DNA of 64,000 nt from Octopus sinensis (Eukaryota), in assembly GCF_006345805.1 (NCBI RefSeq), contig NC_042998.1, positions 39,680,001 through 39,744,000 of the forward strand. The letters run 5' to 3'. The position numbers were made by a program, and so were the translations under genes. Shown here piece by piece: positions 1 through 13,310 of this stretch. Within the stretch, counting starts at the first letter, position 1. The number at the start of each line of letters is the position of its first letter. The notes under the pieces were generated by a model. It saw only the letters and a list, made by a program, of their open reading frames with translations, made no database searches and was not told where the DNA came from.

Positions 1-1362
1 TTTGGCGACATGCTGTGCTAGAGAAGACTCATCATGCCAAGTGAAAATGCAGTCATGGCTGATGCTGGAGTCAAGCAAATGGCACCTGTGCCAGGGCCAC
101 CCTGACACCTTGTCGCCACCAACCTTATCTCTCTTTCTTGCTCCACACTGATTTCTCTCATCAACTGTTGTATAATGTGAGGTAGCCATGTATTTCTTCA
201 ACAGTAAGAAACAGGTTCTGTTCTGGCCCCTTCCTTCACATGCTAATCTTTCTTCATCTAACATAAAACTATCCCTTCCTTTCTACTGTTGCATAGCCTT
301 GCAAATTGCACGATAACTTCGTTAGTGCAGGTGTTATGTAAAAGCACCAGTCCACTCTGAAGAGTGGTTGGCACTAGGAAGGGCATCCAGCCCATAAGAA
401 CTCATGCCTAAGAAGACATTGGAGTATGATGCAGTCCTTGAATCTAGTCAAAGCATCTACTCCATGGAAGACAAACAATAAAACATGTTGATGATGTATC
501 TTTGCTCTCAACTACACCACCTGGCACTCTCCTCCACAATGACTCCCGTCTGTTCATCACTCACACACTCTCTTCTCTCCTGGGTTATTCTATTACCACT
601 CAATACCTTTTATTTTATTACCAGCCCTTACACATCTATGATGCCCTCCACCTACCTACTTGTTGTTTTTCTCCACTGCCTCCACATTTAGCCACACACT
701 GCCCTACTCGAACCTCTACGCTGCCCTCCACATCTTTTCCTCTCATTGCATACACGCACACTTCTTCTCCCACATTTTCTCTGTGTCCCTCCCCCTCCCC
801 TCCATCAGTTCCCTTTAATGACTCCTAATCTATTGCTCTCTTCTTGCACACCTTCCATCCTTAATCACTTTTATACTGAAAAATAGCTTTTAGGCCTCTA
901 ACTCACTCTGTTTTCCTCAATAACTTATCACTAACTCCTTTCCTCTGTTCCCTGCCATGCTTCTTCCCTCACCAGGTAGTCCCTACCTCACTACCTGCTG
1001 TTACCTTATCCCCATCACTCTATTGCAACTACAAATTCATACTTTTCATCTTATCCTCCCTTAACCCTTCCTAGAATCATTGGATAGTCTCTCTCTTATT
1101 CTCCTTTAGTTACAGGAGTCACTTTAAGCCCTTAATCTCACAAATGTCAAGGCAAGATTTTGCCATGGAATCAGCTCCCAGTACAATCTGTAAAGTGGCT
1201 GGTATTGGTAAGGGCATCCAGCCATGATGCAATCACCTAACTCATAAGATCCTGTTATTCATCCAACCCATGCCATCATCATCTGCTTTCCATGCTGGCA
1301 TGGGTTGGATGGTTTGACAGGAGCTGACAAGCCATAGCACTGCACCAGGCTTCAATTGTCTA

Positions 1363-2653
1363 CGAGGGGCGTTCAATAAGTAATGCCTCTGGCCCACTTG
1401 CAGTTTTTGATCTAGCTGAAATTTTGCATGTGCAATTATTCATATCTCTATAGATTAAGTGGCAAATTACAGCTCTGAACTAATTGTGGTTTCTGATTTA
1501 CAGGTGTTTGAACTGAGTCAAGTGTGAAATGGAGCCTGTTGAGTGTCGAACAGTGATCCGGTTTTTGTATTTGAAAGGACGCACACCACGAGAGACTTTT
1601 GCTGAAATGAAAGTAACTTATGGTGATGATGCCCCATCATATGACCTTGTAAAATGCTGGCATCGTGAATTCAAACATGGTCGGAACTCTGTGGAAACAG
1701 CTCCCAGATCTGGTCGCCCCACTTCTGCCATTGATGAGGAATCTGTCCGTCAAGTTGAGGCTGCCATTTTAGAAGATCGACGCATAACTATTCGCCAAAT
1801 ATTCCATTAGGTCAAGATTAGTACCAGGTCTGTGGAAACTATCATTCATGACTATTTGCATCTGCAAAAGGTGTCTGCCAGATGGATTCCCAGGTTGCTC
1901 ACACCTTTCCAGAAGCAAGAACGTGTCGAGTGCTCGAGGATGAATTTGAAGATGTGCCAAGAAGACGAGTCAAACTTTTTCAAAAGACTGATTACACAGG
2001 ATGAAACCTGGGTCCATCACTATGATCCAGAGACCAAAGCCCAGTCAATGCAGTGGAAGCACCGTGACTCACCTCCTCCAAAGAAGGCAAGTGTGCAGCC
2101 CTCCACTGGCAAGATCATGCTCACAATCTTCTGGGACCAGGACGGAGTAATGATGGCAGATTTCCTGGCAAAGGGTACCACAATTACAGGAGCCTATTAT
2201 GCTTCACTTTTGAGGAAATTAAGAGAAGCTATCAAAATCAAGAGGCGGGGCAAGATCAGCAAAGGCATCCTCCTCCTGCAGGACAACGCTCCGGTCCACA
2301 ACTCGCGTGTCACCAGATCAGAAGCACAGGCGTGCGGCTATGAACTCCTCCTCCATCCCCCTACTCTCCTGACCTTGCACCCTCTGATTTTCATCTCTTC
2401 CCAGCCATGAAGTTGTTTTTGAAAGGAAAGCGTTTCCCAGATGATGCAGCCTTGATTTCTGAAGTTACGTCGTGGTTGGAGGACCAAGCTGGGGTCTTCT
2501 ACAAAAACGGTCTCCAGAGCTGCATCAAACGATGGGAGAAAGGCGTAACTCTGGGTGGTTCCTATGTAGAAAAAAACTAATAACTGCACCAAGTTTCGTT
2601 GCTCTACTGCTATGGGAAGTGGGTCAGGGGCATTACTTATTGAACGCCCCTCG
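1363..2653 (+). mobile_element. Full-length mariner (DD34D) transposon with a pseudogenised transposase at 1529-2580
   Basis: Perfect 25-bp TIRs (cgaggggcgttcaataagtaatgcc), TA duplicated at 1361-62 and 2654-55, 1291 bp. Motifs WIPRLL, QDETW, QDNAP, YSPDLAPSDF with 34-residue spacing. One TAG (1808-10) and one 1-nt frameshift at HPP. Confidence 0.97.
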
Positions 2654-2940
2654 TATTTTGCCATGGTTTCTACAGCTAGATGCCCTTCCTACTACCAAGC
2701 ACTTTATAGAGTGTATTGGGTGCATTTTATGTGGCATCAGAGTTTGGATATTAAATGATGACGGTATAGGTATATAATCCTCCTCTTCATCATTTTAATG
2801 TTGACCTTCCCACATTTGCATAACTGAAACTAGACTACACTGAAGTAAAATTTTCTATGGCCAGATGCTCCTCAGCTGTCTCCAAGCAAGCTAATAATTC
2901 TGAAGTCTATTGAATATCAAACAACCTGGATCTGCTTTTG

Positions 2941-3330
2941 CGCAGGAATGGCTGTGTGGTAAGTAGCTTGCTAACCAACCACATGGTTCCGGGTTCAGTC
3001 CCACTGCGTGGCATCTTGGGCAAGTGTCTTCTGCTATAGCCCCAGGCCGACTAATGCCCCGTGAGTGGATTTGGTAGACGGAAACTGAAAGAAGCCTGTC
3101 GTATATATGTATATATATGTGTATGTGTGTGTTTGTCCCCCAGCATTGCTTGACAACCGATGCTGGTGTGTTTACATTCCCATCACTTAGCAGTTCGGCA
3201 AAAGAGACCGATAGAATAAGTACTGGGCTTACAAAGAATAAGTCCCGGGGTCGATTTGCTCGATTAAAGGCGGTGCTCCAGCATGGCCGCAGTCAAATGA
3301 CTGAAACAAGTTAAAGAGAGTAAAGAGAGA
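2941..3330 (+). mobile_element. tRNA-derived SINE with CORE-like ccttgggcaag segment, internal (TA/TG)n and (GAGTAAA)n-like tail
   Basis: A-box tggctgtgtgg, B-box ggttcagtcc. Near-identical copies at 21650-22045, 30875-31290, 48600-48965; diverged or partial copies at 44770-45490, 32100-32330 (+) and 30600-30740, 33050-33260, 50590-50770 (-). Confidence 0.9.
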
Positions 3331-4673
3331 GACTACATGCAGGGTGAGGCTTTTGTTTACAATCAGGGTACACACATGAAGGCAAGGAGAAACCCATTCT
3401 TTGTAAAGTGGTTTGCTTTAGAAAGGGTATCCAGCTATAGAAACAATGACACTGGAACATGATATGGTCTTCCAACTCATCAAATCCTGCTGTCATGAGT
3501 TAGTCTAACAGGAGTTGAAGGGGTTGGAGGACCACTAAGAATCTTGAAATGATTATGATGATGACTGTATCATTGTTTAGCTGGTATGGGTAGGATGGTT
3601 CAACAGGTTCTGGAGAGCCAGAGAGCTGTGTCGGGCCCCGATGTCTGCTTTGGCAAGCTTTCTACAGCTGGATAACAAGTTTGTAGAGTGTGTTAAGGGG
3701 ATTTTTTGAGGCACCAGCCTGAGTGAGGTGACCAAGACTGAGTTGCATGACAAGACCTCTTGACTGAGTTGAAGGAGGTAGTTTTGTGTGTGATAGGAGA
3801 GAAGAGGAACAGTTTTGAGAGCTGTAGACAAGATACATGGCAAACCCAGCAGGAAAGGGAGAAAAGATGGTGGAGATGAAGTATTAGTGTCAGTGTCTCC
3901 TTTTCTCACCATTTTGTGATGGTTGTGAACATACAGTGTCCTTCCTTTCCAATCTTTTGTGAAGACATGTCTGGCCCTGGAGGTGGGGGAAATATCACCT
4001 TAATTGGAAGGCGGGTGAGGGTTGGCAACAGAAAGGGCGTCCAGCCATAGAATATCTATCAATTTCCTCCAACCTCTGCAAGCATTGAAAAGTGGCAGTG
4101 ATGATGATGAATGAAATGGGACAAACTAAATACCAACAGATCTACAATTTGTGCCACTCCTCAATATATGACAGGTAGTGGCAGAACCATCTGAATGTGG
4201 TCGATGCCAGTAACCCTTGACTGGCTCCCGTGCTGGTGGCACGTAAAAAGCACCATCTGAACATGATCAATGCCAGTACCCTCTGACTGGCCCTGTACCA
4301 GTGGCACGTAAAAAGCACCCACTACACTCTCGGAGTGGTTGGCATTAGGAAGGACATCCAGCTGTAGAAACATTGCCAGATCAGATTGGAGCCTGGTGCA
4401 GCCACTGGCTCTCCAGACCTCAGTCAAACCGTCCAACCCATGCCAGCATGGAAAAACGGACATTAAACAATGATGATGATGATGTACTCTTTTCATGAAT
4501 CCTGGAAGGATGAAGAACAGGGTCAGCTTCAATAGAATTAAAACTCAGAATGAGGAGGGACAAAATTGTAGAGACATAAGACTTTTTCTGTCGTTCCCTC
4601 ATTTAAAAGAAAGAAAGAACATAAAAGAAAAGAAGAAAATGATAGGAAAAGGTAAAAAACAACTACAATATAC

Positions 4674-4764
4674 CTAGAATATGAGTAATGGGTTTCGATT
4701 CTGATGAGCCAATCCTGGTAAATATCATATCCAGAATATTTTCCCTGACAGCATTATACTGTAC
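4674..4764 (-). CDS. FANCI: FANCI exon 13 (VQYNAVRENILDMIFTRIGSSESKPITHIL); the gene continues beyond the window start
   Basis: 91 nt, aag/GTAT sites; resembles [29 protein letters not shown]. An alternative in-frame acceptor lies 6 nt inside. Confidence 0.88.
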
Positions 4765-5329
4765 CTTAAAATAAACCCAAACATATTGTCTGAATAAAAT
4801 TTGAAGAAAAAGGTAATTAAAATCATTTTATTTTTTTGCTGTTTTCAGTCATTTGACCCTAGTTTATGGGGTATAGGTGATTACATAATCTCAGGAATTC
4901 TATTGACATCAGAAGAATGAAAGGCAAGGTTGCTGTGTACAAGATTTGAACTCAGAACATCGAGGATCCATCTAGATTAGCTCTAAGAAAGTAGCACATG
5001 TAACACTGTGAAACTGACAAACAGCGCTGAGTTCCATTCTTTCCAATAGGGTAAGAAACACATAACAAATTCAAGAAGAACATGGAAATTAAATCTCCTG
5101 GAATTATTATAACTTAAGTTTGACAAACAGATGTTCTTTTCAATTCTAAGTTGTGAGATATAAAAAGGTTTCAATGGGAGACTTCAAGTGTCTCTAGAAG
5201 ATCCTTTCAGTCAACTGGTGAGATAATGCAAAAAATTCTCTACTGAAGCAACACCAGCAACACTGAACCTATATAACATCTGTACAATATTAAATCCATA
5301 TAACATCTGTACAATATTGAAACTACAAT

Positions 5330-6410
5330 ATTTACATTTGACGGATATTTGTCCCCATCTTGTTTGTTGTTAACAACTTTCAGCTGATATACTCTCTAGC
5401 CTTCATTAGGTGTCTTGGGGAAATTTCGAACCTGGGTTCTCATTCCTAAGGTATTTTTTGATGTTGTTGTTATTATCATTATTATTATTATCATCATCAT
5501 TATTATTATTATTATTCAGGTCACTGCCTGGAATCAAATTCGGAATCTTGGGGTTAGGTTAGTAGCCCGTGCTCTTAACCACTATGCTATATGCCCATCA
5601 GCAATTATGGAGTGAATTTTAGGGCTTATAAGTCTAATATTTTCCTATCCTTCCTTAATAACGGTTTCCATATGCTGCTCATATCTGCACCCAATCTGCT
5701 TAGGAGGTTGTTGTGTCCTAGCATATGTGCTGCTTCTTTTAGTTTTCTTATTTTCTAGTGGTGTTCTGTTTTCCCATACATGATCAGCTATACCCAATTT
5801 ATTAATATCTCCTCATGTCACAGACTTGCAATGGTCCTCTACCCTTATTTTGAGGGGACAGCATGTTTTACCTTTGTATAACCTACCACCGCAGCATGGA
5901 ATGGAATACATGCAGCCTTTGGTCATATTCTCTTCTGTTGGTGGTATTACTCGAAGGAGATATTTGTAAAGTGCTGTATTACTCTTGAACACTGTCCTGC
6001 TGTCATATGGGCTGCATATCTTTTCAGAGAGGCCTTTCACATAGGGGAGACAGATTGTGGTTAGTTTAGGGGTTTTATCCACTCCAATTATGAAGAAAAG
6101 AGAAGATGAAACCCCTAAACTGACCACAGTCTGTCTACCCAATGTGAACAGCCTCTCCGAAAAGATACAAAAGATATGCGGCCCATATAACATCAGGACA
6201 GTGTTCAAGAGTAATACAACACTTCACAAATATCTCCTTTGAGTAATACCACCAACAGAAGAGAATATGACCAAAGACTGCATGTACTCCATCCCATGCT
6301 AATAATAACATCAAAAAATACCTTAGGAATGAGAACCCAGATTCAAAATTTCCCCAAGACACCTGAAGAAGGCTGGAGAGTATATCAAATGTAAATAATG
6401 CACATAATTC
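5330..6410. mobile_element. Penelope-like element: 3' ORF fragment (linker plus GIY-YIG) and pLTR, with an inverted partial copy
   Basis: Minus strand reads CLPYVKGLSEK...MYSIPC..G.LYKGKT..PLKIRVEDH. The plus-strand copy at 6105-6300 is its inverted repeat. pLTR-like segments at 5340-5460 (-) and 6310-6400 (+). Confidence 0.85.
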
Positions 6411-6960
6411 CTCATCTCCCAAATATAGAGCAATCTATGCCACACAGTATTCAATCTATACTATACCTATACATTACTGAATCTATATTATACAGTTCTA
6501 GTCAAGATGGTTTGGATATGAAGAACAAATGTCATGCCTGTGACTCCTTTGCAGGGTTATGTATGGCCATTTAGACCATTATTAAAGCTACTCTGGAGGG
6601 CCAAAGAAGCAGTTCAAGGACCATCTGAAAATTACTTTCAAGAAGAACAAAAGACATTTCTACTTTGATATTCTCATTGTTGGCATGTGTGTGTTTGTGG
6701 GTGCTCAGCATTACCAGAAATGAGAAAGAAGCATGCAGAGTTACACTGGTGCCCAAACCTAAAATATTTCAATGTCCCATCTACAACCAAAGCTGTACAT
6801 GAAAAGACAAGAAGACAGGAAACAATATGGACAACCAGATAATGAACATCTAAGCAACAGAATAAACAAATTGAAATTTAATTTTTTTTTTTTATATGAA
6901 AAAACCATTTACATTAAAATCAAGAGCTGGTGTGTGTGTGCAGGGGAGAATGATTCTTAC

Positions 6961-7135
6961 CTTGAATGTTTGTAGGAGTATTTGAAGGCCTAAATTGCAG
7001 GCTTTTTGGTGTAAGACAGGTTGATTTAAAGCTATACCTTCAACACGCCCAAAGGAACTTTTAGGTCCAAAAGAATCCATCAAAATAAACCCAAGTTGTA
7101 CTAAGCCAGGCACAACGTTGTCCCATCCAGAAGTG
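6961..7135 (-). CDS. FANCI: FANCI exon 12 ([25 protein letters not shown]...QILLQTFK)
   Basis: 175 nt, GTAAGA donor; near-identical motif to human [22 protein letters not shown]. Confidence 0.96.
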
Positions 7136-8379
7136 CTGAATAAATGTAGAACAATACCCATATATAGAAATATGATAATTTTAGAAGTATATATATCAAT
7201 TACATATCCATAGATTGTTATCCTTCTTATTCTGTTGTTTGTCTGTTTTGCCATAGTATCATGGTTGATATGACTATTCAACAGCTTGAAATCATCTGAC
7301 ATACAATAAAGAGAAAACTGCTAATTTCTGTGAAATATTTTTGACATGGTTATATTTCATAATTGTCTGCCGCTATTCTTAAAATCATTTTTATAAAAAA
7401 TATTTCGAAGTCATTTTGTTGAACATTTTGTCATTTTCTGATTTGTTTTAATACAATCTTCTGTATCAAGCTTTTGTTTTGAGAGAAATAGCAGTCAAAT
7501 TCCCCTCAAATCAAACTAGCTTTAAAAAAGGACACATACATGCATACACTGTCTGAAAATAATACTGCGTTGTTATGGCAGGAATATCTTTGTTGTAGGT
7601 TTGCTCAATTAAGGCTGACCTAGGGCTAAGCAACACCCACATTTTCTTAAAGGTTTCCTGTCTCCAAAATACCTAAAGTTGTTCAGTCACTATTCAATTC
7701 ATTATGGTCCTGCATCTATTATAATGCTGAAAGCCAGGATAGCAATGCCAAATGGACATCTTCATGACATCAGTGATTCCAATCTTCATAAAAGATTATG
7801 TGTGTGCATGTGGATGTGTGTAATAGTCAATAAAGCATATATCAGAAAAAGAAACACACTCTAAAGAATAGGGCAGTAATTATTAAAACATAAAGTTAAA
7901 TTCAGGTCATAGATTTACCAAAAGTTTTGTCTTTGTATAGAGTCTGATGAGCTGTCCACAAGACTGACGCTCATGGATATGAAACCTTTTCGTAACTTCA
8001 TAATCAGAATTTAACTTTTTGTTTTATTATATATATACAGAGAGAGAGAATCATTTAATGACATTTGTCCATCCTGGCATGGATTGGACTACACACACAC
8101 ACACACATTCATTCATTCCATTTAGCATATTTTTCCATGCCAGAATGGATGAGACAAGAGTAAACCTTAGACAGGATTTTTATGGCTGAATGTCAACTTT
8201 TATCTGTTTTTCAAGAAGGAATTTTGTATTCCAGAGGAATTTGAAAGCGCTGAACTAGTAGACACTTGTTGCAGCCCAACAACAAGTGATACCATCACCA
8301 TTTATAGGTGAGATGATGATGTCACTATACCATAGTTGAGAGCAGTTTTGCAAATATTTACAGATACGCATGGAGACAC

Positions 8380-9170
8380 ACACACACACATAATGAAAGA
8401 TGGACATAGGAAATTTGTCAGGAAACCAAAAAGTGAGCAGTAATGGCAAGAGGTGCAGTGGAATAATAGGAAATTTAATGAAGAAAGTTTTTGTATGTAG
8501 AAGAGGCACAGTTGCCATAAAGTCTAAAATTACAAAGGAAATTGATTTTCGCAAATGCCATGGAGTAAATAATTTCTGTTACCTAGGTGATCTAATTAAC
8601 AGTGGAAGAGAATGTTCTGAAAATGTATTTACTGTGATAAGAATAAGATGGAAAAACTCCAAGAGTTATTATCTCTGTTGGAAACAAAAAGCTTCCCTCT
8701 CTCTCTCTCTTTCTCTCTCTCTGTCCAAATGAAAGGCAGATTGTATGATGCTTGTGCACACACAGTAATGCTCCATGGTAGTGAGACACTGGTCATGAAT
8801 GCAGAGGACATGCAAAGACCAGAAAGGAATGAAGCTAGTATGTTTGGGTGGATGTGCAACGTTGGTGTGCATGTGCCACAGAACACTAGTGTATTAAGAA
8901 GAGACATGCAAAGACTAGAAAGGAATGAAGCCAGTATGCTCTGCTGAATGTACAACGCTAGTGTTCATGCATAACAAAGTGCAAATGTATAGAGAAACAT
9001 CAGGTACAAGAGGTATCAGGTGTAGTGCACAAGAGAGAAGACTTCACTGGTTTGGTCATATGATGTGTTGAGACGAGGACAGTTGCATAAAGAAGTGGAT
9101 TTGCCCAAGGCAAGTGGCTGTCCAGTGGGATCAAACCAACAACAATGTCCTTGTGAAGAGAACTTCTGAA
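8380..9170 (+). mobile_element. RTE LINE 3' fragment
   Basis: [39 protein letters not shown]; internal duplication near 8800-8950. Confidence 0.85.
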
Positions 9171-9273
9171 CCCCACACTCATACCTTATATTTTGAAGAC
9201 TGCTCATAATTTACAAGAAACCAGTTCTAACTAATCAATAAATGTGTCGATAAAGAAAAGACTTAGAGTTTAC

Positions 9274-9410
9274 CTGTTTTCTATGACTTCCAGGACAAAT
9301 CTATCAAGCTTAGGAACAATAACAATATTCTCGTGTAGCCATGTACATCGCTGCTGTTGTTCAGCATCGCTGAAGCTCTTCAGGATAATGCTCTTTAGCA
9401 AAGTAAAGAT
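9274..9410 (-). CDS. FANCI: FANCI exon 11 (IFTLLKSIILKSFSD...FVLEVIENS)
   Basis: cag/GTAAAC sites, 137 nt; resembles VLDLLKTSVVKSFKD...MILEVVKNS. Confidence 0.93.
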
Positions 9411-9468
9411 CTGTTAATTTCCAAGGAAAAAAAAAATTAACAAAACTTTTTTTTTCAAAATTTCACAT

Positions 9469-9520
9469 AGTTAAATTGTTGAGTAAAATAACAAAGTTAA
9501 ATTGTTGAGTAAAATAACAA
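9469..9520. repeat. 26-bp tandem duplication (agttaaattgttgagtaaaataacaa x2)
   Basis: Direct reading. Similar short duplications at about 5270-5330, 23670-23735 and 46308-46368. Confidence 0.9.
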
Positions 9521-11221
9521 AACCTCAATTGGGAAAAGAAAAAAAAACCCCTTTATTTCATGGATGGAATTGTTTGTTTTTATTTTGTTTGGTTTGATTT
9601 GCTTTGATTTTTTTAATGAGTACCATTCATCATAGAAACCATTCAAAAACAGAAAGCTGTTGTCAGTTAAGCAAACAGTGTTACATTTTTGATAACAGTC
9701 ATCATCATCATCATCATCGTCATCGTCATTTAACTACACCAGACTTCTGTGTCTTCTTCAGCACGGTTTTTACAACTGGATGCCCTTCCTAACAACACCA
9801 ACCCCACTGCAGATTGGGCTGAGTGCTTTTTACATGGCACCAGCATAGGCAAGGTCAGTTTTGGCATGGGTTTTACAACTGGATGCCCTTACAGTGTGGA
9901 CTGGATGCTTTTTAAGTGGGACCAGCACTGGCGGGGTCATCAAGCAGCTTGCAAGACAAGGAACCTTTGAGAAGTGAGGAGGAAGTGATCTTGCTGTCAG
10001 GTGATGAAAGGTTATAATATGAGACAGAGAGAGACAAACAGGTGTCTTGCTGTAAAGGAGGTAGATGGTTACTCAGAGAGAGAGAGAGAGTGATCAAAAA
10101 TGAGGGCAAAAACAGGTGTGCTGCTGTAGAAGAGAGGCAATGGATACCTGGCCATCGGTGACCATATTGATTTCTAAAGTATGGCACTAAGTATCTGATG
10201 CTCAGGAAGGGTATAATGAACCCCAGTATTTAATTGGTGCTTCGTTTGATCATCCACTGAAAGTGAAGGAGGAACCACAACCCTCTACCAATCTGCCAAC
10301 CTCAATAATAAAAATTATTTGATTTGAAAAAGTACTGAGGGGAAACCAACGAGAAGACACCGAGACCAACACCTAAACTTGGTGAATGACTTAGTCTCTG
10401 ACCAAAGCATCCGTCTATCTTGCTATGGATTCTGTGTACAGGCATTGGTCAACCCTCTCAGACCCTGAATGCCTGTCTAACATCCCCCCTCCCCTTGGGC
10501 TCCTGACTAAAATAAATAAATAGTTGCATTGACAGCTCAAGAGTAATGATTGCTTACTTCTCAACTATTGTATTTGTTCACCCGAATCACTACTTTTCTC
10601 ATCATATTCACCAGTCTGATTGTCCAAATCAATCTCATTGCCTGCCTAAGGATAAACTCTTTGTCTGAAGAATAAACATCATCAATAATTTCCTCATCTG
10701 CTAGGTTCTTCCCATATAAATTCGTATTTTTTTCAATAAAAACAGTTATGGAGGAACACCATTAATAGTGAGTTGCTAACACATTTGACTAAGAAGTTGT
10801 AATTGATAGGTTGTCTATTTTTAGTATTTTATCTTCTTCTACATGTGTGTCTCTCTTTATAACCGCTTTAATGGGAATCTGGTAGAGATTACATCTAGGC
10901 TATTCCTGTTAAACTAGAAACATGGTGTGATAGGGTTAAAGAATTGCATATAGTGGCTACTGTATTAACAACTGACTTCATGTTGAACTCAATATCTACA
11001 GCAATGTTTCCAATTATTTATTGAGTACTGCATCTTTTTGGAGAGTCAATATTTCATTTTTTAACCAACTTTACAGACCACTGATTAAAATATGTAAAGT
11101 TAAATTTTAATAATTTTATTTCACTTAACCATTTATTGTTTATGGAAGCATAATTGTACAAGAGCCTCTAAAATTATATTGTATCTAGGGAGGGTCATTA
11201 TGTCAATAATAATAATAATCA

Positions 11222-11590
11222 CAACAAGAATACTTAGACAGTGCAAACCTCTGCCAAGGCAACACCAACATCCCCTCTCAACGATTAGCCAGGGATGATT
11301 TTTAAAATGAGAATATCTGAAATAAAGTCGACTGCTCTCACAAACGAGAATACTAAAAATGAACCTGACCACTCTCAAATATTAAGTAAAATACAGGAAA
11401 AATAATCCAGAATCCTTGTCTGGTACCAGATCAATCCCAAAATCTAATCAGCTCGCACCAGCCACAAGGCCAAACATCCCTGAAAGTTTCATCTGAATCC
11501 ATCCAGCAGTTCTTGAGATATCTTGTCCACAGACAAACAAAGAAACACAACTGAAAACAGTACCTCTGCCTTCGCTAAGGCGGAGGTAAT
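11222..11590 (+). mobile_element. Helentron-associated (HINE/DINE-type) non-autonomous element
   Basis: Subterminal acctctgcc at 11247 and 3' stem-loop acctctgcctt-cgct-aaggcggaggt (11562-11587). Confidence 0.7.
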
Positions 11591-12179
11591 GATATTAAAC
11601 CCTGACTGGTTCGATTTTACTCATTTATTGTTTGTCACTTGGTTAGTTATGCTAGCAACTAATTAATCAATCGCTCGTTTAATCCGTTGATCAAACAATC
11701 ATTTTTCAATTTCCTCTTATTGCTATTGTTGACCTCCTCATCAATGAATGCAAACCTCTCTTCTGCAGGTCTGCTTTGAATCTGAGAATTAGTCCAGTGT
11801 CTATGTACATGTAGAGGGTATGGAAGTGTGGTCACTTATGAGGGAAGGGGAAGAATCAAGGAAGCGGAAGATGTGTGTGTGTGTGTGCATGCAGATGGGT
11901 ATACGTATTCAAGTCTGCTTGCAGGTGTGTGTGTGTGAGTGTCTCTGCTTTGACCATCAGTGACCTCTTTAGGGACTTAGCCTCTCTTTTTCATGTCAAC
12001 TTTGCTTCAAATCTGCCTGTTTGTCATCAAGTAAAGCTTCATGGGTGCACTGAGTGCCCTATTTCCAAACAACATTACACGGTAGAGAGTGTAAAGCACG
12101 ATGGCTAAGACAGACAGACAGACACCCTTACCATTGGCTCTGCTCCTTAATGAATGAAAGATGTAAAATATAAACTTAC

Positions 12180-12272
12180 TTGATCTTTAAAGCGAAATAC
12201 TTGACCAATGGTCAAAGACATAGCCAGCACAAAAGGAGTCAAAGACTTCATTGTTATTGTTTGCAGTTCCAT
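12180..12272 (-). CDS. FANCI: FANCI exon 10 (MELQTITMKSLTPFVLAMSLTIGQVFRFKDQ)
   Basis: tttttcag/GTAAGT sites, 93 nt; resembles [21 protein letters not shown]. Confidence 0.93.
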
Positions 12273-12582
12273 CTGAAAAAAAAATTTTTTTAGATATTAA
12301 TTTTAATGGATATAATTAAATGTATTAATTTACATTCTTTTAATTATTGAAACACATCTTCCTTATAAAATTGGAAGTAACCAGAGGCACTGAGCAAATA
12401 TGTTTTATACATGTAATGTGTATGTGAGACACTCTAGGTGAAAATGTACTCCAAGATGGCAGTGGAGAGTACAGTACAAGAGCAACATAAAACAGAAGAG
12501 AGAGTACAGAGAGGTACTGTATTGCAGAGCCATCAAAACATTTGTCAGTGTTAAAATAGTATTAATGATGTTTGAGACTTAC

Positions 12583-12718
12583 CTTAAGAAATTTAACGAA
12601 TTCTTTCATCAGATTATTATCCTGTTTCAGTGCATACACGGAATGGAAAATGACTGTCCCTTCTATATTGCGTAATGTGCTCTTGTTAATCAGTTCCTCA
12701 CTTAGATCCATGCTGTCT
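12583..12718 (-). CDS. FANCI: FANCI exon 9 (DSMDLSEELINKSTLRNIEGTVIFHSVYALKQD...FVKFLK)
   Basis: 136 nt, GTAAGT donor; resembles LRHVEGTIILHIVFAIKLD. Confidence 0.95.
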
Positions 12719-13227
12719 CTTGTAAAAAGATAAAACAAAACAACCATTACAGGTGATGCAATAAGATATAATAACATTGAACAGATTGTAAATGTAAAAC
12801 GAAAGACTCTGATACAATAAATAGAAAGTATATTGGCTTCAAATTTTGGCATAAGGCCAGCAGGGTTCAGGGAAGCAGCTCAGGTGATTACATTGATCCC
12901 AGGATTCAGTTAGTTCTTATTTTATCAACCCCAGTAGCTTTTGAACGCAAAACATTTTGGAGACAAGTATCAATATTTAGAACCCCAGGACAACACTGAC
13001 AAATGATCATCTAACAAGGGAACCTCTATGTAGTTACTTGACTTGCTTAAAACAGCAGTCAAATCTCCCTCAAATCACACCGTTTGAAGGAAAAATAACA
13101 TAGGATAAATGTAGTTCTCTGTATCCTTAAGACAGGATGGTGATAAGCTGAGCTTGTAGGTGTGTTTGATTAGTGTTGACCTGAATCTAGATAAACAATA
13201 GCAACCTGCAAGAGAAAAATAACTCAC

Positions 13228-13310
13228 ATGTTTTTGTCCTGTTCTCGAAGCACATTATCTCTTTCAATAAAGAAATCCATAATACCTTCCAGAACTTTCC
13301 GCTGGTGGCC
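13228..13310 (-). CDS. FANCI: FANCI exon 8 (GHQRKVLEGIMDFFIERDNVLREQDKN)
   Basis: tag/GTGAGT sites, 83 nt; resembles GSRKSVLEGIIAFF. Confidence 0.93.

Noticed and set aside
2941-3020. tRNA-like A/B boxes, also at about 14480-14560 and 38230-38320
   Set aside because: These are SINE heads continuing into repeat bodies, with no complete cloverleaf; not tRNA genes.
4701-4707. CTGATGA hammerhead/D-box-like motif
   Set aside because: It lies in the antisense of FANCI exon 13 with no supporting stems; chance.
6690-6850. Open frame after a tag acceptor just downstream of FANCI exon 12
   Set aside because: No FANCI similarity, and exon 12 joins exon 13 in phase without it.
10540-11110. Complex, non-microsatellite segment possibly encoding a transposase relic
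   Set aside because: No recognisable motif in any frame; left unannotated.
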